Shown: one piece after another, positions 40,045-52,956 of the stretch | Position numbering within the stretch: the first letter of the stretch is position 1 | How the letters are laid out: each line of letters starts with the position of its first letter | Origin: Octopus vulgaris | Lineage: Eukaryota | Assembly (NCBI GenBank): GCA_951406725.2 | Contig: OX597819.1 | Coordinates: forward strand, 89,032,001-89,096,000 | Direction of reading: 5' to 3' | Length of the DNA stretch: 64,000 bases | Made by a program: the position numbers and the translations under genes | The notes under the pieces: model-generated | Seen by the model: only the letters and a program-made list of their open reading frames with translations | The model's database searches: none | Told to the model about the DNA's origin: nothing

Positions 40045-40558
40045 GATGACTGGCATCCATGCTAGCAGGGTGCAAAGAGCGGCTAACCGGCTTCCGTGCC
40101 AGTGGCACCTAAAAGGCGCCATTCGAGCATGATCATTACCAGCGTCGCCTTACTGGCACTCGAGCCCCGTGCTAGTAGGGTATTAAGAGCACCATCCAAG
40201 CGTGATCGTTGCCAGAGTGGCTATCTGGCCTCCGTGCCAGTGGCATGTAAAAGACACCATTCGAGTGTGATCATTACCAGCATCGCCTTACTGGCATCTG
40301 TGTCGGTGGCCTGTGTAAAAGATTTGAGCGAGGTCGTTGCCAGTACCGCCTTACTGGCCCCGTGCCAGTGGCACGTAAAAGCACCCACTACACTCTCGGA
40401 GTGGTTGGTGTTAGGAAGGGCATCCAGCTGTAGAAACTCTACCAGATCAAGATTGAAGCCTGGTGCAGCCATCTGGTTCGCCAGCCCTCAGTCATTCGTC
40501 CAACCCATGCTAGCATGGAAAGCGGACGTTAAACGATGATGATGATGATGATGATGAT
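40045..40558 (+). mobile_element. RTE LINE 3'UTR with tandem modules and (GAT)n tail
   Basis: as 19145-19497. Confidence 0.8.
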
Positions 40559-41544
40559 ACATATATATTTTCACCGCTGGTCACAATGTACTCTCTTGCT
40601 TTGTTGTAGCTTCCAAATATACCATCCCAGCAGCTGGGCTGACAGGCCAACACTTCTCCTGGAATGGATCACCAGTCCATTGCAAGGTTACCTATTTACA
40701 GCTTAGCGGACTGGGGCAACATGAAATGAAGTGCTTTGCTCAAGAACACACCATGCCACTGGTCTGGGAATTGAAACCACACTCTTGCAACCATGAGTGC
40801 AACACTAACCATTTTATACCATATGCCTTCATTCACTCTAACTCTCATTATATATATATAGTGCTCTTAAAACGAATATTGACTCCTCTTGATTTATGAT
40901 TACCTGAGCTTTTATGTACACACAAACACAGAAAAATGTGTACATACTTATGCATACATGTTCGTTTTCTCTTTAATAGAGAAAAGCCAAACATACATTG
41001 ATGATTAAGTTTAGACAAGGCAAAAATAATTATTAAGTTATATCGATTATTAGTGATTTACTTTTGATATAAAATTATTGTTTTAGTAATTTCAACCTCT
41101 TGACAGTGATTCATAATTTTTATCCTCTTTTCAACCCTGCGCCACACACACACACACATCTATGGATGGTTCTGTGAATTTAGGTAAAAATCACATACCA
41201 ATGAAAATATATAATAACATGTTATTTGTATATGTTTAATGTCTGTTTTTTCCAGGTTCCAACCCACAGGTCTTTAAGAGCCAAGAACAACCAGTTACAA
41301 TGTCCAATAACCATGTAAACATGGTTCTTAATCTTGCTCAAGCGTAACTGCAGGATGTCAATACTCGCGCACGCGCACACACTCACTCACTCACACACAC
41401 ACAAACTACAAGCTTCTAATAGTTACCTTTATCAAATTCACTTAAGATTATAAATACAAAAACTCACCCTCTTGCTATCAAGTCCTGCTCGATTATTAAT
41501 GACAGAAAAGATATAAATATATCTTGACAGTTATTTCACACACA

Positions 41545-41616
41545 CATCATATATACATATATATATATATATATATACACATATATATATATATACACAT
41601 ATATATATATATACAC

Positions 41617-41651
<35 letters not shown>

Positions 41652-41911
41652 CACTTATATATATATATACACACATATATATATATACACACATATATAT
41701 ATATATATACATACATATATATATATACATACATATATATATATACATATATATATATATACATACATATATATATATATACATACATATATATATATAT
41801 ACATACATATATATATATATACATACATATATATATATATACATACATATATATATATATACACATATATATATATATACACATATATATATATATACAT
41901 ACATATATATA
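41545..41911. repeat. (TA)n/TACA compound microsatellite
   Basis: direct reading. Confidence 0.95.
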
Positions 41912-42377
41912 TCCTTAAATCCTTAAAAATGTTTTAGCCCGAAGGCCGCGGCCATGCTGGGGCACCACCGCTGAATGAGCCACACTAGTCTGTGAATCCA
42001 CCTCTGATACGTGGCACTTGATCAACAAGGGAGTTCGATGCTGCTGCCCGCATCCGTGTCTCCTGTCGTGAGGTAGGTTCATCTGGGACTCCCAACAAGA
42101 AGAGATCCAGTTTAGTTTTAAAGAAACCCACATCCACACCATGTAAGTCTCTCAGGCATTTAGGGAGGATGTTGAAAAGCTGTGGTCCTCTGAAACCCAA
42201 GCTGTTGCAGTATCTGGACCTGTATTTTGATGGTGATGTTGGAATCCTTGGCACCACGCAGCGGCGCCCCGTTCTGCGGTTGGAGTAACTTTGAATGCCA
42301 AAGTTTGGGACAAGACCCTCCAGGATTTTCCAGATGTATATTACTGCATATCTCTCCCGCCTCCGCTCCAGGGAGAA
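41911..42377 (-). mobile_element. 5'-truncated CR1/L2-group LINE (ORF2 C-terminus + 3'UTR)
   Basis: uninterrupted SLERRRERY..IYIWKILEGLVPN..SLGFRGPQLFNILPKCLRDL..FKTKLDLFLLGVPDEP..RAAASNSL to stop at 41985; short tandem tail (TTTAAGGA)x2; clade assigned from motif recall. Confidence 0.8.
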
Positions 42378-42388
42378 TATATATATAC

Positions 42389-42488
42389 NNNNNNNNNNNN
42401 NNNNNNNNNNNNNNNNNNNNNNNNNNNNNNNNNNNNNNNNNNNNNNNNNNNNNNNNNNNNNNNNNNNNNNNNNNNNNNNNNNNNNNNN
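42389..42488. other. assembly gap (100 N)
   Basis: direct reading. Confidence 1.
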
Positions 42489-42518
42489 ATATAAATACAA
42501 AGAGAGAGAGAGAGAGAG

Positions 42519-42560
<42 letters not shown>

Positions 42561-43340
42561 AGTATCAGCTTATACATCTTTCACAAAAAATGGTATCCAT
42601 CCAAATTTTATAAAATCCAATCTTGAAAACAAATTTTCTTTTTTTTTTTTCTCTCATTTTATCCTATCCATTTAAGTAGTTAGATTTATGTTCAATACAG
42701 AGAAAAGAAGCTGTCATGCAGTAGCTCAATCTGCTAGAAACAGCAGCTAAATCACCCTGATCTAACATTATACAGTTTTACAAAATAAAAAAAATAAAGG
42801 ACACATCCATTGGATAACATAATTCTGGGTACACTATGTCAGGGGTGATGGTCAGATCTTGGAATATTTTTCATCATAGGTTTTTTTGGGGGGTATGAAA
42901 GCTGACCTGAAAGCTTAATAACAATAACTATAAGAACAAGAAATTCAATCTAATTGAATTTTTAATTCAGAATGCAAAAATGTGGAACAGACACTAAAAG
43001 GTGTCTCATCATCTGATGTTCTTACAAATCCATCAATCCCTAACAAGAATTTTATTGACTTGAGAAAAGCAAAGCTAACCTTGATAAGATTTGAACTCAG
43101 AATGCTGAGCACCAGAACAAATGCCATGTGCATTCTTTTCACTATGGCAACGGTGATATTGGAGCTCAACACAGCCCTGCAACTTGCCAGTTGTCTGTCA
43201 AACTGTCCTGTCCATGCCACCATGAAAAGTAGACGTTAAATGATGATGATCATGATCATGATTATGATAACAACTGTTCCAATTTGCTGCCTAAAAATGA
43301 ATGTGTGTGCGTGTGTGTGTGTGTGTTTCTAAATACATAC

Positions 43341-43646
43341 ATTGTTTGTTCCTTCTCAAGCCATGCCTGGCTCATAAGGGCCAGTTTCCCGGGTTTTCTT
43401 GGCATATAGGTTCCCCACCTGGACGGGACGCCAGTCCATCGCAGGTGAGCTGCAAGATGCAGAAGGAAAGAGTGAGAGAAAGTCGTGGTGAAAGAGTTAG
43501 CAGAAGTTCACCATTACCTTCTGCCGGAGCCGTGTGGAACTTAGGTGTTTTGCTCATAAACACACACATCGCCCGGTCTGAGATTTGAACCCGCGATCCC
43601 TCGACTGCGAGTCCGCTGCTCTAACCACTAGGCCATGTGGCTCCAC
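43341..43646 (-). mobile_element. tRNA-derived SINE family D, young
   Basis: TGGCCTAGTGGTTAGAGC A-box, GGTTCAAATCT B-box, central GCGATGGACTGGCGTCCCGTCCAGG (reminiscent of the V-SINE domain). Confidence 0.8.
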
Positions 43647-43811
43647 TAAATATATACATAGGGAGAGTTAAATGGCTTGAATGAGTTGAGTAAGATGTGA
43701 AGGCCAAGCAATCATATAGAGGCTATTTGAGTTCTCCAAATCATGGCTTAGAATTTTATTAAAATAGCTGCAGGGTAAACAGCCTGTATTAAGTTTTGCA
43801 ATGACCATAGT

Positions 43812-44190
43812 TGCAGGCATGGCTGTGTGGTAAGAAGCTTGCTTCCCAACATGGTTCCAAGTTCAGTCCTACTGCGTGGCATCTTGCACAAGTGTCTTCT
43901 ACTATAGCCTTGGGCCAACCAAAGCCTTGCGAGTGGATTTGATAGACAGAAACTGAAAGAAGCCCATCGCATATATGTGTGTCTCTGTGTTTGTCCTCTA
44001 CCACCACCATTTGACAACCAGTGGTGGTGTGTTTACATCCCCATAGCTTAGTGGTTTGGCATAATAGACTGATAGAATAAGTACAAGGTTTAAAAAAATA
44101 AGTCCTAGGGTTGATTTGTTTGACTAAAACCGTTCAAGGCAGTGCCTCAGCATAGCCACAGTCAAATGACTGAAGCAAGTAAAAGAATAT
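43812..44190 (+). mobile_element. SINE family A
   Basis: family motifs. Confidence 0.85.
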
Positions 44191-45917
44191 AAAAGATTTA
44201 GTATATTGTTAAGCTTCATTTATCATCACAAATATTTCATGAACTGCTTACCACAAAAAAAAAACACCCACTACACATAGAGTGTAAAGTTGTAGGGATC
44301 CTTTAGTCTTGTCCAGGACATGGCACCTCTCTAGAGCTGGTGCCATGGAAAGAAGTACCCAGTACACTTTGTAAAGTGGTTGGTGTTAGGATGAACATCT
44401 GATCATTGAAACTGAACCAAAAGTGAAACATGCGTGGGATGTGGCCCTCCAACTCACCTAAATGAACACTATCCCTGGAATATTAGCTGACTCCAACTAT
44501 GGCAAACTAATCTAACCCATGCTAGCATGAAAAGTTGAAGTAAAATGAAGACAAAGATGACACTTAAGGGGCAGAATAAGAGTGAAGCCAGACTACTGAC
44601 TACACATATCCAAGTTCAAAGCTTACTACTACTTTTGCTAATGGTACTGTTGCCATTTTGTTGTTCCTGTCAAAATGGCATGCTACTTGTCTTACTGATA
44701 TATCAACAGGTTTCCTCTCTCTATTATTGAGTAATTATTAGCAGTAGGAAGGGCATCCATCTGTAAAAAGAATTGCTCTGACAAAAACCATCACGCCACT
44801 CATGCAAGCAAGAACAAAAAAAACAGCAAAAGAATGTAAACCAGCAACTGGAAAAGAAAGGAAAAAAACACTGACAAACATGTTATTGATTTACCTAAGA
44901 GGAAATATTGATTTTTTTTTCCCCTCTCTTCTCTAAGTACAAGACCAATTTTCCTACATCGAGGAATTTACTCTGACATAGAATAAATATTTCTTTTAAC
45001 AACTCTGAAGAAATGAAAACTAAACTTGACCCTGGCTGAATTTGAACTCAAGAAATAAAATAACTGCATAAACAAAGCGTTGAAAAATCATCTGAGCCAG
45101 CAAGTAGTTCTGCTGATTCTGTCGATTCCTCTTGGGGAAAAATATTTGAATAAATCCTACAGACTCGAGTCGAAACTACTATTATCTAATATTGACAGGT
45201 TAAGTTAATTTCAAGTGAGGTAGAAATAGATGTTTCTCTCAAAATAACAGCAATAATTCAGAGCAAAGGAAATCAATAGTGTTGAAATTCACTGTTCCTT
45301 AGGTGTGCCATATGTGCTTTATATTTAAATCATCGTCAAATAAGAGAGAAGGAATGACAGAGTTATTGGTAGGTGGCAGTAGTGGGGAAACAACTCGAAG
45401 GAGGAAGAAAATGACATTTGCTTAGGAGATATGTTGTTTTCAACATTAGTCAAAAAAAAGGGAAAGAAAAAAAAAGCAGGGGGTGGGGAATAAAATAAAA
45501 TAAAATATCCCCAATCTTCTTCACTTTAACCTAATTCAAATAACAGCTATCGCTTCATTTAATATTCAAGACTGAAATAAAGGAATAGAATTTGTGCTTT
45601 TTGATTATGGGATAGCAGCACAAGCAGGTTCTGCAGGAAATCACAAATGAAATCATGCATTAGTTCCGATTCAATGAGTGAAAGCACCCACTGTGTTTGG
45701 GATTTCTCACAAGCAATAGCGTTAATCTTATCTCCAGTTGTGCAGCATGAAGAGGATTCATGTATGCATGGCTAACATTACAGATAAACGAACATTGATC
45801 ACATCGCTAACAAATAAGTATTTAACAGGTGTCTTTAACAGTGTTATACACACCTGTTAAAATAGCATTCACTTCTAACCGAGTTATAAATCACCATCAT
45901 TATTATTATTATTATAA

Positions 45918-46595
45918 AAGACAGTGAGCTGGGAGAATCATTAGAATGCTGGACAAAATGCTTCATGATATTTCATCCATCTGAGTTCTGAGTTCAAATT
46001 CCATTGGGGTTAACTTTGCCTTTCATCCTTTCGGGGTTGATGAAATAAGTACCAGGCAAGTACTGGGGTTGATGTAATCAACTAACACCCTCTCCTAAAA
46101 TTTTACACCTTGTGCATTTAGTAGAAAGGACTACTACTACTACTACTACTATTATTATTATCATTGTTATTATTACTATTAAGACGACAAGTTAGCAGAA
46201 TCTGTTAGCACACCAGAAAAACATGCATTTCTTCTGGCTCTTTACATTCTGGGTTCAAATTCTGCCGAAGTCAACTTTACTTTTTATTCTTTGAGGTCAA
46301 TAAAATAAGTACCAGCTGAGCACTGTGGCTGATGTAATCCAACCCCCTCACCAAAAATTTCAGGCCTTGTGCCTATAGCAGAAAGGATTATTAAGAAGAT
46401 GTTTAAGGCAGTGAACAGACAGAATCATTAGAATGCTGGACAAAATGCTTAGCAGCATTTCATGTTCTGAGTTTAAATTCCACTGAGGTTGTCTTAGCTT
46501 TTCATCCTTTCAGGGTTGATAAAACAAGCACCAGATGAGTACTGGGCTCAACTTAATCCCTCCTCCAAAATCACTGGCTTTATACAAAAATTTGA
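45918..46595 (+). mobile_element. three head-to-tail SINE B copies
   Basis: ~45918-46135, 46181-46390, 46405-46595, the first followed by a (TAC/TAT)n tail. Confidence 0.8.
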
Positions 46596-46684
46596 ACACA
46601 GAACCAAGGTGGTTACAGGAGGATTGATACCAGAAAAGTTAAGAATACACTGATCCTGATCTTTTTTTTTTCTTTTTTTTACAG

Positions 46685-46789
46685 GTACTGATGCCTAGGA
46701 AAAAGAGGAGGAAGAAGGAGAAGGATGGCAAGAGAGGCAAGAGGAGGAGGATCTATGATATTTTTCTGGGTTCTGAGACTGGTGGGAAG
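46685..46789 (+). other. candidate 105-nt exon encoding a K/R-rich peptide
   Basis: poly-T tract + ACAG acceptor; AAG|GTGCGA donor; VLMPRKKRRKKEKDGKRGKRRRIYDIFLGSETGGK in phase 0, other frames stopped. Confidence 0.3.
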
Positions 46790-46799
46790 GTGCGAAGAC

Positions 46800-47126
46800 C
46801 CCCTGTGGTCATATATGACTATGGGATTGCTCCTAGAAAGTTTCCCCTCCAAGGCACAAGTCCAGGCGAGGTTGTTTATGGAAGACCAGCAGTCACTCAT
46901 GCATATCAGCCTCCCTTCTCCACACTACCAATGTTATATCCAAGGCTAAGGTAAAGGTTGATACAGCTTGGCACCAGTGATGTTGCAATTTATTTTTACA
47001 GATGGGTGAACTGAAGCACTATGAAATAAAGTGTCTTGCTCAAGAACACAACACACAGCCTGGTCCAGGAATCAAACTCATAACCTAACGATTGTAAGCC
47101 CAACACTCTAACCACTATGCCATGCA
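46800..47126 (-). mobile_element. SINE family C with long distinct 3' domain
   Basis: tRNA head at 47126; 3' domain GGTGCCAAGCTGTATC...GACTGCTGGTCTTCCATAAACAACCTCGCC. Confidence 0.75.
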
Positions 47127-48411
47127 GAAGTGATATTTATTCTCAGACTAGAGACTTGGCCTGCATACTTGCCTACAGAGCAGTCTCCACTAAAGGCATC
47201 TATGTGCCTAGATGGTGATGTCAAAGCAAGAGACAGATTAAGCCTACCACCCAAAATACATGCAAACAGGAATTAATATAAAAAAACAAAAACATATATA
47301 TAAATAAATTAAAGAAGCACAAAAATTACTGCTTCAGACAAACTCTGCTAACAATACTCCACAAATCACGTAATTTAGACAATACTAAATTAAGCAGCTG
47401 TTTGATATTAAGGTAAAAAAAAATTTGTTCTTTTTTTTAAAATTGATTTACAATTGCGAAATATAAATTCAGGGTCCCCTTCCTCCATGCTTCCATAATT
47501 CAAAGAGATTTTACTTAAATTACCAGTGAAGCAAAGTCAATCAGGAAATCAATCTGCCAATCTATATATTTATTACACACAAATCTAATAAAACGAGTCA
47601 ATTACTTGATTTTTTTTTTTTTTTTTTCACTTTTTATTTAGTCATTTATTTATTTATTTTGTTCTCTGATCAGATTCAACTATCAATAGTTGATTATTCC
47701 TCTGAAAGCAATACCTGTTGTAGGGGAACTTGATTGAGCTTGCTAATTTAGATCAATAAAATACTTAGTAGCTATGCAGTGCTATCACAATTTACAAAAG
47801 TAAGTCGCAGCACAACTATTTAGCTATGTAGATAAGACAAGACCAATAAGAGTTAAGTAGAGGTTACCTTGTAACCTTTTACTTGTTTCAGTCACTGGAG
47901 AGCCACCTTGAAGGTTTTAGTCAAACAAATTGACACAAATACTTATATTTTGAATTTGGTTCTAATTCTATCAACCACTTTCAATGAATTTCACTAATTT
48001 GCAGGGATGTAAATGGACCAACACACATTGTCAAATGGGGTGGGGGACAAAAACAAAGACACGTGCACATTTACACACACATGCCCTATTGGGCGGCTAA
48101 TAAGTTAGCTCCTGCGAAGGCCTCTTCATTGGACTTTGGGCCCAACAATGACACTTCATGCATTGAGTACATATTAAATTTTTATTGAACTTGAACAATA
48201 TTTTTCAAGGATTGAACAATTTTCATTAATGTGTGTGTGTGTGTGTGTGTGTGTATAGGTATGTATATTTTTATTTTCTCTCCTGTTTCTTTCTGTCGAA
48301 GAGCATAGGCTCGAAATGTAAAAGACTTTCTCACTTCCCGACCGTTAAACTAATACATCTGTTTGTTGTTTACACACCCATCTTTGTCTTTTTTGTAAAT
48401 TCTCACTACAC

Positions 48412-48480
<69 letters not shown>

Positions 48481-49079
48481 GGACTTCCACACAATTTTGG
48501 TCAAACAAATTTATTCACATGCCCAAGGTGTCTGAAACCACATGGTTGCAAAGCAAGCTTCATAACAATGCCCTCATGCCTGCACCTAAGACCACACATC
48601 CATGTCCCCACCCCTAACCTTTTTATTTTTTGGAGCCTGGTACTTATTCTGTTAGCCTCTATTAGCCAAAACATTAAGTTACAAGAATATAAACAAACCA
48701 ACACCAGTTGTCAAGCAGTGTTGGGGATAAACACAAACAAAGACAGACATGGCACGTGGCTTAATGGTTAGGGTATTTGCCTCACAATTGTAAGGAAATG
48801 AGTTTGATTCTTGGCGGCTCATTGTATCCTTGAATAAGACAATTTCATGTTGCTCCAATCCACTCAGATGGCAAAAGTGAATATTCTACATGTAATTCAA
48901 AGGGCTGGCCTGGTCAGTCTGTCACACTGAATCTCTTTAAGAACTATATTAAGTATGTGTGTGTTTGTGGAGTACTCAGCCACTTGCATCTTAATTTCAT
49001 GAACAGGCTGTTCCAGTGACTGGACCAAGTGGAACACTCATCGTTAAAGTTTTTTTATATATATATATATATATATATG

Positions 49080-49285
49080 TGGGCATGGCTGTGTGGTTAT
49101 GGAGCTTGCTTCCTAGCTACATGGTTTCGGGTTCAGTCCCACTGCGTGGCACTTTGGGTAGGTGTCTTCCACTATAGCCCCGAGCCGACCGGAGCTTTGT
49201 GATTGAATTCGGTAGGTGGAAGTTACTGCCGTGTGTGTATGTGTGCGTATAGCTGCTCAGTGCCTCTCCGAAAGAGAGGGATGGA

Positions 49286-49317
<32 letters not shown>

Positions 49318-49518
49318 CTCTTTTACTCGTTTCAGTCATTTGACTGCGGCCATGCTGGAGCACCGCCTTTAGTTGAGCAAATCGACCCCGGGACTTATTC
49401 TTTGTAAGCCCAGTACTTATTCTATCGGTCTTTTTTGCTGAACCGCTAAGTGACGGGGACGTAAACACACCAGCATCGGTTGTCAAGCAATGCTAGGGGA
49501 ACAAACACAGACACACAA

Positions 49519-49572
<54 letters not shown>

Positions 49573-49711
49573 GACAGGCCTCTTTCAGTTTCCGTCTACC
49601 AAATCCACTCACAAGGCATTGGTCAGCCCGGGGCTATAGCAGAAGACACTTGCCCAAGATGCCACGCAATGGGACTGAACCCGGAACCATGTGGTTGGTT
49701 AGCAAGCTACT
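49080..49711. mobile_element. inverted pair of SINE A copies
   Basis: 49080-49235 (+) 5' half and 49318-49711 (-) young copy. Confidence 0.85.
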
Positions 49712-49900
49712 ATATATATATGATTTGGTTCTGAGAATTCTTGAGAATGAAGGCACACCAACCAGTAGGATGCCAAAAGTGGCTAGGTACGATCATATAA
49801 AGCACACAGTGAAATAAATCAAAGAGTATTGGCAGGATACTATAGATATGCAATAAGCAAATCCAATTTATAACTGCAGACCCAACTCAGTGTGTCCTTG

Positions 49901-50160
49901 GTGTGACATAAGTATAAAAAAAATACAAAAGGCATTTAAAATTTGCAACAGCTGTTTCGTAGTATTTTATTTGAAGAAGTCATAAAAGATTATATCATAA
50001 TATACAATCCACCATCATCAGTTCCTATATTTGTTGAGCTAGCCCAATATATGATGGTAAATCGTCTATTATAATGTAATTTTTTATGACTACAATAAAT
50101 AAAATGCCACAGAAACAGCAGTTGTAAATTTTAAGCACCAATTGTGCTTATTTTACACAC
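49901..50160. mobile_element. old fold-back mini-element with hammerhead-like core
   Basis: imperfect arms ~49901-50018 / 50051-50160; minus strand CTGATGA...CTAC-GAAAC-AGCT-GTT at 50021-49944. Confidence 0.6.
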
Positions 50161-50972
50161 ACACATACACATAAATGATAGACTTCTTTCAGTTTCCTTT
50201 AGCCTGTAAACTGATACCAGCTCAACTTTACTACTCAAAATATTACAACTGCAGACTAAACATGTATAAAGTTACCATTTGTCATTTTAAAAAATTTTTT
50301 TAATTTATTTCCTTTATTTAATTTAATATTCTAGTGAGCATCTTTTAAACTACTGAAATGGCATCTCATCAATTTCATTTTCAGGAGACAGAAATTATTT
50401 AAAAACCTATTAATTTCTTTCTTTTTCCTTTTTCTTTCTTTTTTTTTTTTTCCTAATGCTTCTAATTATTTATTTAAACCTAAGAAAAACCTATAAAATT
50501 CAACAAAATGTATCTTTTAAAATACATTTTTTAAAAAAAATGCATTGATTTATAAACTAGAAAAGGATATTTAAAAACAAAAAAAATTTCTATATTTTCA
50601 AATTTATAAAACAAAAAAAATCTTATTTTATTTGAAACATCAATTTAATTTTAGAGCAGCTTTCTCGTTAACACCTGTAAAAAAATAAAAAATTTTTGGT
50701 TTTGATTACTTCTTTTTTTTTTTTTTAACTGAAGAATAACTTTTTCCCTCCCTTAAACACAAGATAGAAAACAAAAAAAGCTATAGTGATGATGGTGATG
50801 ATCATGTTGGTGATTCTACAGATGTTCAACATCTATATTTGCTATTTTCAACATGACCAGAAAATTAAGTTTGTTCAGATTTCTTTACAGTGTAAGCATA
50901 TGTGTTTGTAATGTCTCTTATGTTTTCCCTGCCTATCTCTTTCTTTCTTTCCAAATCTACTTCTATAACCAG

Positions 50973-51044
50973 GTCAACCCTAGAAAAAATCCTTTCAGCT
51001 GCCAGAAGAATGACATCATGGGGAAGGGAAAGGAGAAGAACTGA
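50973..51044 (+). other. candidate terminal coding exon
   Basis: pyrimidine-rich tract + CCAG acceptor; VNPRKNPFSCQKNDIMGKGKEKN* in phase 0. Confidence 0.25.
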
Positions 51045-52920
51045 GGCCCCCACCAAAGGAGAGGCATTTATTTATCAATACACACACATGGAAATAGTTG
51101 TTTACCTTTTTTTTTTTTTTACGTTTTCTATGTTGTGTTGTTTTTTTTTTCTTTCTTTTTTTTAAACCTGTTGGCTTCAAAGAAGACCAACTGTAACTTG
51201 CTTAACTTTGTGTCAGGAAATCCAAAGCCAGTTCACAAGTTGAACAGTTGAGAAGGAGCTTTCAACACGTTTAGGCAGAGGCATGGCTGTGTAGTAGTAA
51301 GAAGCTTCCCAACCACATGGTTCCAGGTTCAATCTCATTGCATGGCACCTTAAACAAGTGTCTTCTATAGCCTCAGGCCAACAAAAGCCTTGTAGGTTTG
51401 GGTAGATGGAAACTGGAAGAAGCCTGTCATATATATATTTATTTATACATAAGTGTGTGAGTGTATATATATGTGTATGAGTGTGTGTGTGTGTGAGTGT
51501 GTGTGTAATGTGAAGAAACAAATGACCTGGTATTTCAATCCACAAACATGACTGGCAGTATTGTGAGAGAACTAATCAATCATTTATATATATATAAATA
51601 CACGCACACACACACACTCACACTCATGTATGTATGTGTATGTGTGTGTGTGTGTGCACGCATGTCTTCGTGTTAGTGTCTGTCCCCTCACAACCACATG
51701 ATAACTGATGCTAGCGTCTTTACAGCCCTGTAACTGAACAGTTCTGCAAAAGAGACCAAGGTGGTGCCTAATCATGTTCACAGTCTAATAGTGCTAAACT
51801 TTCCCCAATTTGAGAAGTGGTGAGCATTTATCTTTTATTTAGTTATTTCAGTCATTAAACTGTGACCATGCTGGAGCACTCTTTTTTTTAACTCTTAAGC
51901 CAGAGAGAAGGTCAGTGCCAATGATCCATCACAGGGTATGTGAGATTAATGGAGGGAGAGAGAAAGGGGGAGGAAGTTCTGTTCAGACAGAAGACCTAAC
52001 TAAAATAGCCAAATGCTTGTAACAGAATGGAAACCACTAAAGGTACCTAAAGGATGGACCAGCTCATCACTAAGTTCTCTTAAGAACATTATAGTAACCC
52101 AGATTTTGGCAAAGCAATGCAATGGGACCCCTATATACACAACAACAGTGTATGAAAATTAATGTTGGGCCCCTGAGACCTGTGGAGCCTTTGGGAGACT
52201 GCTCAGTGTGCTCATATATGAAGAAGACACTGGTTCATTCATTAAGAAGGCACATTCATTAAGCAGGTAACAGATTAAACCCCTCACCTAAGCAAACCAC
52301 AGAAGGATTTGAACTCGGAACATAAAGAGCTGGAAATTATACTGTCAGTTGACTGCTCAAGACTGGTATTATATCAGCTCCAGAATGATGAAAGACAAAG
52401 TTGGTTTTGGTGGAATTGGGACTCAGAATGCAAGGTACTCAGGTAAATATCAGAAAAGTGTTTTGTCTGATACCCTAATGACTCAGCCAAATAAAGAAAA
52501 AAAGTAGGGAATGGTGAACTTTTGAGACATAAGTGGGTATACAAATTAAAAGGCTGATACATTTACCAATCCAGTAGTTCTCTCATTCATACATATTATG
52601 TCAGTAAGCCCCACTCAGCCACCCATTCTTTACTCATACAAGAGTTGGCATAAACACAAAGTTTGTGTAATGATAGAAGGATGTGAAGTGGAGAAGTTTA
52701 GCAACAAATTACTTAATATTTTACATTTGCAGGGCTGGAAAGAGGACTAAGAAGACAGAATGCATGAATATGAATATATATATAGTGTGACGAAAGAACT
52801 TTGGCCGAAATAAGATTAAGATTAATGTAAAAAATAAATATCACTGAAGCAAAATAACACCAAATATATAGTGCGTGTGTTTTTATTGGCTAAACTGGCA
52901 ATATGACCATTCCGAAATAT

Positions 52921-52956
<36 letters not shown>

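Noticed and set aside
41985-42500. 171-aa ORF spanning the gap treated as a host gene
   Set aside because: The real part is a LINE ORF2 C-terminus; the N-terminal part is Ns and microsatellite
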